Shown in pieces: positions 37,661-48,056 of a DNA stretch of 64,000 nt. The notes under the pieces are model-generated. The model saw only the letters and a program-made list of their open reading frames with translations. It did not search any database and was not told the origin of the DNA. Position 1 is the stretch's first letter; each line of letters starts with the position of its first letter. The stretch comes from Candidatus Actinomarina sp. (GTDB taxonomy: Bacteria > Actinomycetota > Acidimicrobiia > Actinomarinales > Actinomarinaceae): the NCBI GenBank assembly GCA_038142145.1, contig JAYQJM010000005.1, forward strand, positions 451,816 to 515,815, written 5' to 3'. A program made the translations under genes and the position numbers.

Positions 37661-39166
37661 TTATTCAGTTAATTCAAGAAGTTCAAAATCTCCCCAGTTA
37701 ACTGTTAAGTGTTTTGCTGGTATTAGCTCATTTGGCCTACCTACAGGTAAATTTTTAGGATACGATTCTAATGAGACATCATCGCCTTGTAGCTCTTCAA
37801 CAATAATTTTTAACGTCTCAGCTAAATCATCTAGAGTATCTACTGATTGAGTTTCTGTAGGTTCAAACATTAAAGCTTCTTCAATGATTAAAGGAAAATA
37901 TATAGTTGGAGAATGAAAACCTTTATCAAGTAAAGCTTTTCCAACATCATAAGCTTTTATCTTATGTGATTTTTTGAGATCTTTTACTGTAGCTACAAAT
38001 TCATGCATGCATGGTTCGTTATAAGCTAATGGAATTATTTTTGAAACAATAGAACTTAAATATCTTGCATTTAATACTGCATACGATCCTAAAGTATCTA
38101 ATCCTGATTTACCAAGTAATTTCATATAAACCAAAGCTCGAAGTGCAACTAAGAAGTTTCCATGATATCCGTGCATTCTTCCAATAGAAGAAGAAGGTGT
38201 ATACCACTCATATCTATTATTTTCTTTTACAACGATAGGTCCAGGTAAAAACTCTTTTAAAAATGCTTTAACAGCTACAGGACCTGATCCAGGTCCACCG
38301 CCACCATGAGGAGTTGCAAATGTTTTATGCAAATTAGAATGAACTATATCAAATCCCATATCTCCAGGCCTACATACTCCTACAATGGCATTTAAATTTG
38401 CACCATCGTAATAAACCAATCCACCAGCATCATGAATGATGTTTGAAATCTCCATTATATTTTCTTCAAACAAACCACCTGTATTTGGATTAGTCAACAT
38501 TAAACCAGCAGTATTTTCATTAACTAATTCTTTAAGATCATCTATATTTACCATTCCCCTGACATCTGTTGAAACTTCTACAACTTTAAAACCAGCCATT
38601 CTTGCAGATGCTGGATTAGTTCCATGTGCTGAATCCGGTACGACAATTTCATCTTTGTGTCCTAAATCATTTTCTTCTAAATATTTTTTTATAATTAACA
38701 ACCCAGTTAATTCTCCAGAGGCTCCTGCAGGTGGCTGGAAAGTTGCATAATCCATGCCTGAAATTTCTTTTAAATATTCTTCAAGTTCAAATAAGATTTC
38801 AAGATTACCTTGAGTAAATTCTGAAGGTGTTGCTGGATGAGAATTAGCAAATGTAGATAGACCAGAGACATAATCTGCAAATCTAGGATTATATTTCATC
38901 GTACATGAACCTAATGGATAAAAACCAACATCTACAGCGAAATTTCTGTGGGCTAGACGAGAGTAATGCATTACTAAATCATGCTCACTAACTTCTGGAA
39001 GACTTGGTTTATCATTTCTGATTGCAGGGTTGTTAATTTCAGTTACGGGGACATCCAATTTAGGAAATCTTGAAGCTCTTCTACCTGGTTTAGATAATTG
39101 ATTAATTGTAGGTTCTGGAGCACCACCAACTAAAGGTAGTGAACTCGCATTTCCACCACTATACAT
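37661..39166 (-). CDS. gcvPB: glycine dehydrogenase (decarboxylating) subunit 2
   Basis: 501 aa. PLP-lysine region VHSNLHKTFATPHGGGGPG. Confidence 0.95.
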   Translation of the reverse strand: MYSGGNASSLPLVGGAPEPTINQLSKPGRRASRFPKLDVPVTEINNPAIRNDKPSLPEVSEHDLVMHYSRLAHRNFAVDVGFYPLGSCTMKYNPRFADYVSGLSTFANSHPATPSEFTQGNLEILFELEEYLKEISGMDYATFQPPAGASGELTGLLIIKKYLEENDLGHKDEIVVPDSAHGTNPASARMAGFKVVEVSTDVRGMVNIDDLKELVNENTAGLMLTNPNTGGLFEENIMEISNIIHDAGGLVYYDGANLNAIVGVCRPGDMGFDIVHSNLHKTFATPHGGGGPGSGPVAVKAFLKEFLPGPIVVKENNRYEWYTPSSSIGRMHGYHGNFLVALRALVYMKLLGKSGLDTLGSYAVLNARYLSSIVSKIIPLAYNEPCMHEFVATVKDLKKSHKIKAYDVGKALLDKGFHSPTIYFPLIIEEALMFEPTETQSVDTLDDLAETLKIIVEELQGDDVSLESYPKNLPVGRPNELIPAKHLTVNWGDFELLELTE

Positions 39167-40466
39167 TATCTACCTCAACTAACTTTTCAATATAATCATC
39201 TATTTCAATTTTTGTTCTTTTCTCAGTTACAGCGACCAAAATTTGTTTTTCTGCATATTTGATACCAGCTAAGTACCCATGACTACCCATTGCGCTTATT
39301 ACTTCAGTTGCATCATTATTAGTTTCAATTATGAATTCTCTTAATGAACTACCAGCATTAGGTACGTTATATCCTTTATCAGCTAGTTGATTTTTCATAT
39401 ATGATGCTTTTTGAGTAGCTTGATAGCCAATTTCATACAAACCCTGAGGACCTAACCAAGACAAATGAATAGTTGAACCAACAGCATTTAATGTTTGGTT
39501 GGTACAAATATTTGACGATGCTTTTTCTCTTCTAATATCTTGTTCTCTTGCTCTTAATGTCATAACGTAAGTTTTGGTATTATTTGAATCACGAGATTCA
39601 CCAATAATTCTTCCAGGAACTAATCGGGCTAAATCTTTTCTAGTAGCAAACCAACCAACTGTAGGCCCACCAAAAGATAAAGGAGAACCCATAGATTGTC
39701 CTTCAGCAACTACTATATCAAAACCCATAGAGCCTGGAGTTTTCAAAATTCCAAGCATGGAAGGATCTACGTAACAAATTGTTACAACACCTGCTTGTTT
39801 AGCTTTTGTAACAATTTCTGTTAAATCTTGAGCCGAACCTTCGTAGTGAGGAAGACTAACAACAAATGCAGCGTCTTTTTCTGTAAATTCATAATCGTCA
39901 GGAAACAAATAATTGTTCAATTCAACATATTTAATATCAAACTTACTTGTATCAATTAAAGTATTGATGACTTCTTTTGAATTAGGATTTAATCCACTAG
40001 ATACAACCACCCCATCTCTTTTTGTTTTATTTATTGCTACTGATATTGCTTCAGCTATAGATGTTGCTCCGTCATATAAAGAAGCATTTGCAAGTTCCAT
40101 ATCTGTAAGATCGCAAATCAAAGATTGGTACTCAAAAAGAATTTGAAGAATACCTTGAGAAATTTCTGCTTGATACGGTGTATAAGAAGTCATAAATTCT
40201 GGCCTCATAGTAAGTGTTTTTACTGTATGAGGAAGATAAACATCATAATGACCACCACCAGCAAAGCATATTAAACCTTGGGAGTTCTTTTTCTCAACTG
40301 TTTCAAAGTGTTGAATAGCTTCTAATTCGGATAAAGATTCAGGTAAATTAAGACCGTCATTTAGCTTAAGAGTTTCAGGAATGTGAGTAAATAAATCATC
40401 TAGCGAACTTATAGAAAGCTCTTCGAACATCTTTTTTAAATCAATTTCAGAGTGTGGTACAAACAT
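39159..40466 (-). CDS. gcvPA: glycine dehydrogenase (decarboxylating) subunit 1
   Basis: 435 aa. YTPYQAEISQG motif. Operon partner of gcvPB. Confidence 0.95.
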   Translation of the reverse strand: MFVPHSEIDLKKMFEELSISSLDDLFTHIPETLKLNDGLNLPESLSELEAIQHFETVEKKNSQGLICFAGGGHYDVYLPHTVKTLTMRPEFMTSYTPYQAEISQGILQILFEYQSLICDLTDMELANASLYDGATSIAEAISVAINKTKRDGVVVSSGLNPNSKEVINTLIDTSKFDIKYVELNNYLFPDDYEFTEKDAAFVVSLPHYEGSAQDLTEIVTKAKQAGVVTICYVDPSMLGILKTPGSMGFDIVVAEGQSMGSPLSFGGPTVGWFATRKDLARLVPGRIIGESRDSNNTKTYVMTLRAREQDIRREKASSNICTNQTLNAVGSTIHLSWLGPQGLYEIGYQATQKASYMKNQLADKGYNVPNAGSSLREFIIETNNDATEVISAMGSHGYLAGIKYAEKQILVAVTEKRTKIEIDDYIEKLVEVDNV

Positions 40467-41488
40467 TAACTTAAGAACCTCTTTTTTAACAAATTTCCTT
40501 CTAATAAATTACCACGTATATCAAAATTTACTAAATCGACAGGAGGTTTAGATTCAAACAAAACAAAGCCAATAGGAACTTGTAAAACAGGAGATATATT
40601 TCCTGAAGTAACTAAACCTTTTACATTATCACTGAATACTTCAGTACCTGTCCTTGCAATTTGACGGCCATTTAACGTAAATCTTTTTAAATATTTATGA
40701 TTACCTGAATTTATCTGATCATCTACCCTGTCTTTACCTAAGTAGTTGGATTTATTTGTAATAGTCCATTTTAAACCTGCTTCAACTGGTGATATATCCT
40801 CTGTTAATTCAAAACCATACAGTGGTAATGACCCTTCAAGTCTCAATGTGTCCCTAGAACCTAGTCCACAAGGTTTTATATCAATAGACATCAAATAATT
40901 TATTAACTCATCTGAATCATCATTTGAACACATAATTTCAATTCCGTCTTCCCCGGTATAACCAGTTCGAGCATAAGTAAACTTATCATTTCTTCCTGTA
41001 TTAAATTTTTCAGGAATATTAAATTTACTTTTTAATTTTTCAATAGCAGTTTTACCTTGAACAGCTATTAAAACTGTGTCAGAAGTTAAATTATCGAAAT
41101 TTACACCATGTAAAGCTAAATGATTTGTTATTTTTTCTGTATTACTTGCATTACAAATAAGAATTAGATCATCTTCAAATTTCCAAAAAATTACATCATC
41201 TAAAGCATTTCCATTTTCATTTAAAAATAAAGAATATAAAGCTTTTGTATTTTCTATGGATGTAAGTTCAGAACAAATTAATGAATTTATCAATTCCATC
41301 TGGTCTTGTTGTAGTCTTAAACGTCCCATATGAGAGACATCAAAAAATCCAGAGTCTTCACGTACATAATTATGTTCTTTTAATGTTCCATCATAGGAAA
41401 ACGGCATGGACCATCCGCCAAAATCAATTATCTTGGCATTTTGTGAAGTATGAAAGTTGTAAAGGTAAGTAGTTTTTAGTTCAGACAT
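40466..41488 (-). CDS. gcvT: glycine cleavage system aminomethyltransferase T
   Basis: 340 aa. FFDVSHMGRLRL and RTGYTGEDGIEI. Confidence 0.93.
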   Translation of the reverse strand: MSELKTTYLYNFHTSQNAKIIDFGGWSMPFSYDGTLKEHNYVREDSGFFDVSHMGRLRLQQDQMELINSLICSELTSIENTKALYSLFLNENGNALDDVIFWKFEDDLILICNASNTEKITNHLALHGVNFDNLTSDTVLIAVQGKTAIEKLKSKFNIPEKFNTGRNDKFTYARTGYTGEDGIEIMCSNDDSDELINYLMSIDIKPCGLGSRDTLRLEGSLPLYGFELTEDISPVEAGLKWTITNKSNYLGKDRVDDQINSGNHKYLKRFTLNGRQIARTGTEVFSDNVKGLVTSGNISPVLQVPIGFVLFESKPPVDLVNFDIRGNLLEGNLLKKRFLS

Positions 41489-41850
41489 TAAGAAATAAAA
41501 GCTTCATATTCTTGATATGTCATACCAGAATCGTCAACTTCTTTTACTTCAGCTTTAACCATCCAACCGTCTCCAACTGGATCTTCATTAATAAGCTCAG
41601 GTTCAGTTTCAAGTTGAGAATTTACTTCAGTAATTACAATATTCATTGGTGCATATGCTTCAGCAACTGTTTTTGTTGCTTCTACTTCAACAATTGAATC
41701 ACCTTTATTAAATTCTTCTCCAACTTCAGGCAAAGTAACAAAAACAATATCTCCTAGTTCACCTTGAGCAAAGTCAGATATACCAACTGTTATGCTATTT
41801 CCTTGAAGTGAATACCATTCATGCGTTTCTAAATATTTCTTTTCAGACAT
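41488..41850 (-). CDS. gcvH: glycine cleavage system H protein
   Basis: 120 aa. Lipoyl-lysine motif VEATKTV. Confidence 0.93.
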   Translation of the reverse strand: MSEKKYLETHEWYSLQGNSITVGISDFAQGELGDIVFVTLPEVGEEFNKGDSIVEVEATKTVAEAYAPMNIVITEVNSQLETEPELINEDPVGDGWMVKAEVKEVDDSGMTYQEYEAFIS

Positions 41851-41857
41851 AAAGCTC

Positions 41858-42568
41858 CTATCTAGGTTTTACTGTAGACAATCCGCCATCTACATGTATT
41901 GTTTGTCCAGTTACCCATTTTGCATCGTCGCTAAGTAACCACTTTACAACAGGAAGTATATCACCAGCATCTCCAATTTTCGAAATAGGATGCATGTTTT
42001 TAGATACTTCAATAGCTGCTTCAGATGAAAGAATCTTTTGTGACATATTTGAATCCATAATGCTTGGGGCAATAGAGTTTACTCTTAAATTGTCTTTTGC
42101 GTAGGTTGCAGCAGCTGAACGTACAAATCCCTCGATACCAGCTTTTGCTGCAGCGATAGCTTCATGATTAGACAAACCTTTTGAACCTGCAACGGAAGAA
42201 AAGAAAATAGCTGAGCCATTTTTCATTCTTCTAGCGAATGATGCTAACAATAAATAAGATGAGAATAGGTTTGTTGTTATAACATCGTTAAATTCATTTA
42301 TAGATGTTCCATGTAAAGGTTTTATTAAAATAGATCCAATGCAATTTACCAAACCCTTTATTTCAATATCAGAATCTATAATCTTTGAAAACTCTCTAGG
42401 TTCAACAGGAGTATTAAGATTGATAACAGTATACGTACAATTTAACGTACTTGCCTGAGCTTCCAGTTTCTCATTATCTCTACCTATAAGATGTATGTCA
42501 TTATTTTGAGATAAAAATTCAGCAATTGAACTACCGAGAGTACCTGTTGATCCTGCGATAATATACAT
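41858..42568 (-). CDS. short-chain dehydrogenase/reductase family protein (atypical: catalytic Tyr not conserved)
   Basis: 236 aa. Rossmann GSTGTLGSSIA and LRVNSIAP. Where SDRs have S-x12-Y-x3-K, this protein reads SSVAGSKGLSNHEAIAAAK (Ile at the Tyr position). Confidence 0.8.
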   Translation of the reverse strand: MYIIAGSTGTLGSSIAEFLSQNNDIHLIGRDNEKLEAQASTLNCTYTVINLNTPVEPREFSKIIDSDIEIKGLVNCIGSILIKPLHGTSINEFNDVITTNLFSSYLLLASFARRMKNGSAIFFSSVAGSKGLSNHEAIAAAKAGIEGFVRSAAATYAKDNLRVNSIAPSIMDSNMSQKILSSEAAIEVSKNMHPISKIGDAGDILPVVKWLLSDDAKWVTGQTIHVDGGLSTVKPR

Positions 42569-42591
42569 ATTTAAATTCTAAAAAGATTTAT

Positions 42592-43860
42592 TTACTTTGA
42601 TAAATTGTTTGTTCTTGAGATTTCACCAAACCATTTTGCAGATTCGTGAGGATGTCTACTGAAATCAGTTTTATCAACTTCTACAAGTCCAAAATTCATT
42701 TGATACCCTAAATCCCATTCAAAATTATCTAATAACGACCAATATAAATAGCCAATAATCTTGCCATTCTTTTCGTTATATTTATATAAATCAGAAAGAA
42801 CATCTGTTACGAACTCTATTCTTTCATTGTCATCGTCTGTTGCAATTCCATTTTCAGTAATAAAAATTTCTTTATCTGGAAATTGTTTATGAATTCTGTG
42901 AAGGTTGTAGAGAACAGCTTGTGGTCTGTATTCATACCCCATTTTTGTTGTTCTTACATTTGGTGTTACAAAATCATTTCTACCAGAAAAAGTATCAAGA
43001 AACTTAGGGAGCAATCGGTTTCTAAACAATGGAATTTTTATGAGCAGCCAAGATATTCCTCGAAAAAATATACTTGGACTTGTTCTTTTTATTGAATAAG
43101 TTTGTAATGCTATGTAATCATCTTCATCTGAAGCAAAAAAGAATTTATCTTCTAAGTGATATTTAATATATTGATTGAGTACGCTTTTATCTTCATCATC
43201 CCATTCATGAAGCGCATGCGTCATTGCAACTTTGGCATTCTCATTATGCTTTTTTATTGTATGTAACGAATCTTTATGAGCTTTGATGATATTGTCAGAA
43301 GCTTTTATAAAAGTTTTCTCATTTTGTATTCCAGGCGGAAATTTTTGATTTGAGAAGTAACCAAACATTGAAAATATACCTGGTTCATTAATTGTATTAA
43401 AGTACACAATGTCTTTAGATAAATTTTGCATCATTATATCAACATAGTTAACAAAAGCTTTGACAGTATCTGGTGATGCCCACATTCCTCTTTCCATTAA
43501 CCATTCTGGTGAAGTGAAATGATGAAAAGTTACTATAGGAGTTATATCGTTGTCTAAAAGCTTTTGAGCTTTATTAACATAATGATTTATTTGCTCCTGA
43601 TCATACTCACCTTCTTTTGGCTCTACACGACTCCACTCTATTGAAAATCTAAAAGCTTTAATACCAAGATTTTTTATTAATTGTATGTCATCATCTAATA
43701 GTTCAAAATGCTTACAAGCTTCATTACATGGTTCTTCACAAATAGAGTCATTTTGATTTTCCCAATGCGTCCAGTCATTATTGTAAATACCTCCTTCAAC
43801 TTGATAAGAAGCTACGGCTGTACCGAAAATAAATGATTTTGGAAATTGTAAATTATTCAT
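42592..43860 (-). CDS. GH1 beta-glucosidase
   Basis: 422 aa. FGTAVASYQVEGG, acid/base TINEPG and nucleophile ITENG. Confidence 0.9.
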   Translation of the reverse strand: MNNLQFPKSFIFGTAVASYQVEGGIYNNDWTHWENQNDSICEEPCNEACKHFELLDDDIQLIKNLGIKAFRFSIEWSRVEPKEGEYDQEQINHYVNKAQKLLDNDITPIVTFHHFTSPEWLMERGMWASPDTVKAFVNYVDIMMQNLSKDIVYFNTINEPGIFSMFGYFSNQKFPPGIQNEKTFIKASDNIIKAHKDSLHTIKKHNENAKVAMTHALHEWDDEDKSVLNQYIKYHLEDKFFFASDEDDYIALQTYSIKRTSPSIFFRGISWLLIKIPLFRNRLLPKFLDTFSGRNDFVTPNVRTTKMGYEYRPQAVLYNLHRIHKQFPDKEIFITENGIATDDDNERIEFVTDVLSDLYKYNEKNGKIIGYLYWSLLDNFEWDLGYQMNFGLVEVDKTDFSRHPHESAKWFGEISRTNNLSK

Positions 43861-44221
43861 ATCTATAAATTAAATAAGTTATAAAAATATATGCTATTTG
43901 TAAAAGAAATCTATAGAAGTGTTGTGTATTTGAAAAATAACGGTTTCCATAAGGAAGATTATTAACCCAGACGTATAAATTTGCTCCATATATTAAAACA
44001 AGAAAAATAATCATAAAAATTGCTGCTTCTTTTCTATATTTAGTTAATAAAAATAAAGGTGCAACTATTTCAATGACTCCAGTTAATTGATGAGTTAATT
44101 GAGGAAATGGAATAAATTTAGGTACTAATGGTTCATAAAATTGTGGGTTTAAGAAATGATTAATTCCAGCTAGTACGAAGAAGCCAATGTAAACATAAAT
44201 TAATAATTTAATTAAATCCAT
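43853..44221 (-). CDS. DoxX-like small membrane protein (4 TM)
   Basis: 122 aa, four helices. Coupled between glpK and the GH1 gene. Confidence 0.5.
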   Translation of the reverse strand: MDLIKLLIYVYIGFFVLAGINHFLNPQFYEPLVPKFIPFPQLTHQLTGVIEIVAPLFLLTKYRKEAAIFMIIFLVLIYGANLYVWVNNLPYGNRYFSNTQHFYRFLLQIAYIFITYLIYRYE

Positions 44222-45678
44222 TCTTTTGCTTTATTTATAGCTTTTGACCATTTTTGTATATATTTGTCTCTTAAATTACTTTCAATATTTGGCGACCAGG
44301 TTGACGAACTTGAAACAAAAGACGCCATGGTTTCCAATGAAAGGTTGTTTGTAAAAATATAGCTAGCTGCAGCAGCGCCTAAAGCTGTTATTTCATTAAT
44401 TTTTTGTGAAACAACTTCTTTACTAAAAATATCAGCTTGGAATTGCATCAACAAATTGTTTGCAATCATTCCTCCATCAACACTTACTTTTGAAAATTTA
44501 ACATTGGTATCTTTCTCCATAGCTTCTAACAATTCATACGATTGATATGCAACTGATTCAAGAACTGCTCTAGAAATATGAGACTTGTTTGAGTATCTAG
44601 ATAGTCCAACTAAAACTCCACGTGCAGTCTCATCCCAATGAGGAGAGAATAAACCAGAAAAAGCTGGTACAAAATACACATCTCCGTTGTCTTCAACTTT
44701 AGAAGCTAATGCTTCTACTTCAGAGCTTTCAGAAATAATGTTTAAATTATCTCGTAACCATTGAACTGCAGCTCCAGCTATTGCTACAGATCCTTCTAAT
44801 GCATATTGTGGATCTTCTCCCTCCACTTGAAAAGCCACAGTACTAAGCAAACCATTCGAAGATTTTACAATTTCACTACCAGTATTAGTTAATGCAAAAC
44901 AACCAGTTCCGTAAGTATTTTTTACTTCACCTTCTTTAAGACAATTTTGACCAAACAATGCTGCTTGTTGATCTCCTAATACAGCTGAGATTGGTATGTC
45001 TTTAAGAATTTCCTTATTTGTACCAAAATTTGATAATGAAGGCTTGATTGTTGGTAGTGAAGATGTTGGAATATTTAATTCTGCTGTTATTTCTTCTGAC
45101 CAATTTAAAGTTTCTAAATCCATTATTAAAGTTCTACTAGCGTTTGTCACATCTGTAATATGTGTACCAGTTAATTTATACAAGAGCCAACTGTCAATTG
45201 TTCCAAAACAAACGTTATTATTTTGTAGTTCAATTTGAATATTATTTACATTGCGTATAAGCCATAATATTTTTGATAATGAAAAATACGTTGCGACTGG
45301 TAAACCCGTTTTTTCTAATTGATATTTAATATTTTGATTCTCTTTAATTTCATCACAAATATCTTGAGTTCTGGTGTCTTGCCAAACTAATGCGTTATGA
45401 AATGGTTCACCTGTATTTCGATTCCAAGCTAATGTAGTTTCTCTTTGATTTGTAATACCAATGCTATCTAACTGATCAATTGAAAATTCTTTATCTACTT
45501 CATCAATACAATTAAGTACTGATTCCCATATTTCATTAGGATCATGCTCTACGGACACCTCATCAGGAAGATACTGAGTAAATTCTTGTTGGTGTTGCTT
45601 TACTATTGAACCATTTTCATCAAAAACTATAAACCTTGAACTTGTAGTTCCTTGATCAATAGCTCCAAAATATTTCAT
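44212..45678 (-). CDS. glpK: glycerol kinase
   Basis: 488 aa. AIDQGTTSSRF, GDQQAALFGQ and FGGY-kinase domains. Confidence 0.95.
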   Translation of the reverse strand: MKYFGAIDQGTTSSRFIVFDENGSIVKQHQQEFTQYLPDEVSVEHDPNEIWESVLNCIDEVDKEFSIDQLDSIGITNQRETTLAWNRNTGEPFHNALVWQDTRTQDICDEIKENQNIKYQLEKTGLPVATYFSLSKILWLIRNVNNIQIELQNNNVCFGTIDSWLLYKLTGTHITDVTNASRTLIMDLETLNWSEEITAELNIPTSSLPTIKPSLSNFGTNKEILKDIPISAVLGDQQAALFGQNCLKEGEVKNTYGTGCFALTNTGSEIVKSSNGLLSTVAFQVEGEDPQYALEGSVAIAGAAVQWLRDNLNIISESSEVEALASKVEDNGDVYFVPAFSGLFSPHWDETARGVLVGLSRYSNKSHISRAVLESVAYQSYELLEAMEKDTNVKFSKVSVDGGMIANNLLMQFQADIFSKEVVSQKINEITALGAAAASYIFTNNLSLETMASFVSSSSTWSPNIESNLRDKYIQKWSKAINKAKEWI

Positions 45679-45725
45679 AGACTTTATTTTAAAATTTTAA
45701 ATTTATATATGTCCAATAAAAGAAT

Positions 45726-45986
45726 TTATATTCCGTTTTGAGAACCAAAAGGTCCAATAATGGTGCCCATGATAAATCCATAGGTGAATCCATAAAAGAA
45801 ACCAATTTTAAGATATTTTATAGTTTCATTTCTAAATCTAAGCTTTCCATCATCTTCAAAACGAAACTTATATCTATATTTGTCAGAGAAAGTATGTCGA
45901 ACGACTGGATAGAGATAAAATATAAAACCAATACCAATACCTGATAAAATTCCTTCGATAAGTCGTGATAGAGCTTCTTCTAACAT
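45726..45986 (-). CDS. hypothetical small membrane protein
   Basis: 86 aa. Two Gly-rich hydrophobic helices flank a basic loop. Confidence 0.4.
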   Translation of the reverse strand: MLEEALSRLIEGILSGIGIGFIFYLYPVVRHTFSDKYRYKFRFEDDGKLRFRNETIKYLKIGFFYGFTYGFIMGTIIGPFGSQNGI

Positions 45987-46040
45987 TCTTTCAATTTAGT
46001 GACGTTTTTAAATTAAATAGATACAATAAAATGACTTACT

Positions 46041-46793
46041 ATGGATTATCTTTACGACGATACAACTGTTTTTATAATTTTATTTGTTGTTGCCTTTTTT
46101 GCTTCTTTAATTGATTCAATTGCAGGAGGAGGTGGGTTATTGACGACTCCCTCAATGCTCCTTGTTGGAATGCCACCACTAAATGTTTTGGCTACTAATA
46201 AATTTCAATCTTGTTTTGGTACGTTTACGTCTACCTTTAATTATTACAAAAATGGACTACTGGTAGAAAAAAAAAGATTTCTATATTTTGTATTAGCATT
46301 CACTGGATCTTCTATAGGTACATTACTTGTAAGTAGAATTTCAAATGAAACACTTGAATCAGTCATACCAATTTTATTAATTAGTGCTGCAATATTCTTT
46401 ATTACAAACAAAGGGCCTTCTGCGGTGAAACAAAATGAAAAATTGCTTATCATTTTTAATTTAGTTGTATTTGCGATTGGATTTTACGATGGATTTTTTG
46501 GTCCAGGTACAGGTTCCTTTTTTGTTTTATCTTTCATCATTATTAAAGGAGCAAATATTATGCAAGCTACCGCAGTAACAAAGCTCTTAAATTTTGCATC
46601 TAATTTCGCTGCATTTATTATTTTTGCGTTCCAAGGTTATGTACTTTGGTATCTTGGTTTAACTATGGCTGTAGCTCAAATCGCAGGTGCTTATACCGGA
46701 TCTAGATTTGCAATAAAAAATGGTGAGAAGGCTGTTAGGCCTGTATTAGTTATTGTTTCAATACTTTTATCTATAAGAATTTTGTTAGGATAA
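46041..46793 (+). CDS. TauE/SafE family anion (sulfite/sulfonate) exporter
   Basis: 250 aa, 7-8 TM. N-terminal DSIAGGGGLLTTP is typical of TauE/SafE. Confidence 0.8.
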   Translation: MDYLYDDTTVFIILFVVAFFASLIDSIAGGGGLLTTPSMLLVGMPPLNVLATNKFQSCFGTFTSTFNYYKNGLLVEKKRFLYFVLAFTGSSIGTLLVSRISNETLESVIPILLISAAIFFITNKGPSAVKQNEKLLIIFNLVVFAIGFYDGFFGPGTGSFFVLSFIIIKGANIMQATAVTKLLNFASNFAAFIIFAFQGYVLWYLGLTMAVAQIAGAYTGSRFAIKNGEKAVRPVLVIVSILLSIRILLG

Positions 46794-46820
46794 AAAAAAC
46801 CGGCAGACTAGCTACCGGTT
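46792..46820 (-). terminator. probable rho-independent terminator of cspA
   Basis: The minus strand reads AACCGG-tAG-CTAGT-CTg-CCGGTT followed by TTTTTT (complement of the A8 run 46792-46799). It lies 22 nt after the cspA stop, between convergent genes. Confidence 0.55.
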
Positions 46821-46842
46821 GTAAAACAGTTTAACTTTTAAT

Positions 46843-47040
46843 CTATTTAAGATTCTCAGCAGATGTTTTTCCGTTGTTTTGAACTAACTCATATTCAACA
46901 ACTTGATCTTCTTGAAGATCTTGCATGCCCGCATTTCTAACTGCAGACATATGTACGAATACGTCATCTCCACCATCTTCTGGTTCAATGAATCCGTATC
47001 CTTTGGTTGAGTTAAACCATTTAACTTTGCCTTTCGGCAT
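46843..47040 (-). CDS. cspA: cold-shock protein (CspA family)
   Basis: 65 aa. [15 protein letters not shown] and DVFVHMSAV (RNP1/RNP2). Confidence 0.95.
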   Translation of the reverse strand: MPKGKVKWFNSTKGYGFIEPEDGGDDVFVHMSAVRNAGMQDLQEDQVVEYELVQNNGKTSAENLK

Positions 47041-47044
47041 ATTT

Positions 47045-47050
47045 CTCCTT
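47045..47050 (-). promoter_or_regulatory. Shine-Dalgarno AAGGAG for cspA
   Basis: The minus strand reads TTAAGGAGAAATATG. Confidence 0.65.
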
Positions 47051-47111
47051 AATCGCTTTGTCTTTTACAAGACGAAATAATCATACATGATACAAAAAGT
47101 TTTCTTAGTAT

Positions 47112-48056
47112 TTATATTAAATTTATAGCCTGCTTTATAACTTCAACTGTTTCATCTCTCTTAGAAGGTTCAAGGTCAAGAAGTTGCAAATAAACAGCTC
47201 CTATACCAACTTCCTGCCACATAAATAACGTTGAGGCAACCTCTTCAGGTGTGCCGTATAAATAACTTCTTTCTTTCCAGTTTTTTGCTATTTCATCTTC
47301 AGGTTGAATTAGTGCTTTAGCAGCTGTTATAAGTGAATTATCAACACTTTCTTTTGTTAATCCCACTACAGGTGGACATGCAGTTGTAATCTCAAGTGAG
47401 CTAACATCCCTATCGTTTTCTTGAGCTACTGTTTTAAATAAATTTATACTGTTTTCCAAGGTTTCTTTTGGACCTGCATAAATATTAAATTCTTCAGAAT
47501 ACTTACCAGCTAATGTTGGAGTTTTTACTTTTCCTCCACCACCAATAATTAGTGGAATTTGTGACAACGTTGCTGGCTCCACAGGAAATTTTTCTAATTG
47601 ATAATACTCGCCTTTAAATCCTTGATTATCACCAGATAAAGCTTCTCTGATATAAATAAGAGACTCCTCTAGCATTTCAAATCGAGTTTTTAAATTTGGA
47701 AAAGGAATACCAAACAGTTCATGTTCGATTTCTAACCAACCTGTGCCAACACCTAATCTAAATCTATTTGGTGCCATTTCATTAATCGTTGATGCCATCT
47801 TTACAAGAACACTTGGATGTCTAAAGGTAATTGGAGAAACAAGAATAGAATATATCATTTTCTCTGTATCTCGTACTAAACCTGCGCTTGCAGTAAGTAA
47901 ATCTAATGCAGGTGCCGGATTGTCTTTATCATGCCTTTGTTTACCAACAATATAGTGATCAGGTAATCCTATTCTTTCAATATCATTTTGTTCGGCCCAA
48001 GTAGATAAATTAAGTAACGTATCGTAACTACCTCTAGCTTGAATATAAATTTTCAT
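47112..48056 (-). CDS. LLM-class (luciferase-like) oxidoreductase
   Basis: 314 aa TIM-barrel LLM pattern (GLPDHY..., RFRLGVGTGW, PLIIGGGG). Confidence 0.8.
   Translation of the reverse strand: MKIYIQARGSYDTLLNLSTWAEQNDIERIGLPDHYIVGKQRHDKDNPAPALDLLTASAGLVRDTEKMIYSILVSPITFRHPSVLVKMASTINEMAPNRFRLGVGTGWLEIEHELFGIPFPNLKTRFEMLEESLIYIREALSGDNQGFKGEYYQLEKFPVEPATLSQIPLIIGGGGKVKTPTLAGKYSEEFNIYAGPKETLENSINLFKTVAQENDRDVSSLEITTACPPVVGLTKESVDNSLITAAKALIQPEDEIAKNWKERSYLYGTPEEVASTLFMWQEVGIGAVYLQLLDLEPSKRDETVEVIKQAINLI

Noticed and set aside
41851-41857. A glycine riboswitch ahead of the gcvH-T-PA-PB operon.
   Set aside because: Only 7 nt separate gcvH from the upstream SDR gene. The next possible leaders (42569-42591, 45679-45725) are too short and too AT-rich to hold the about 100-nt tandem aptamer.
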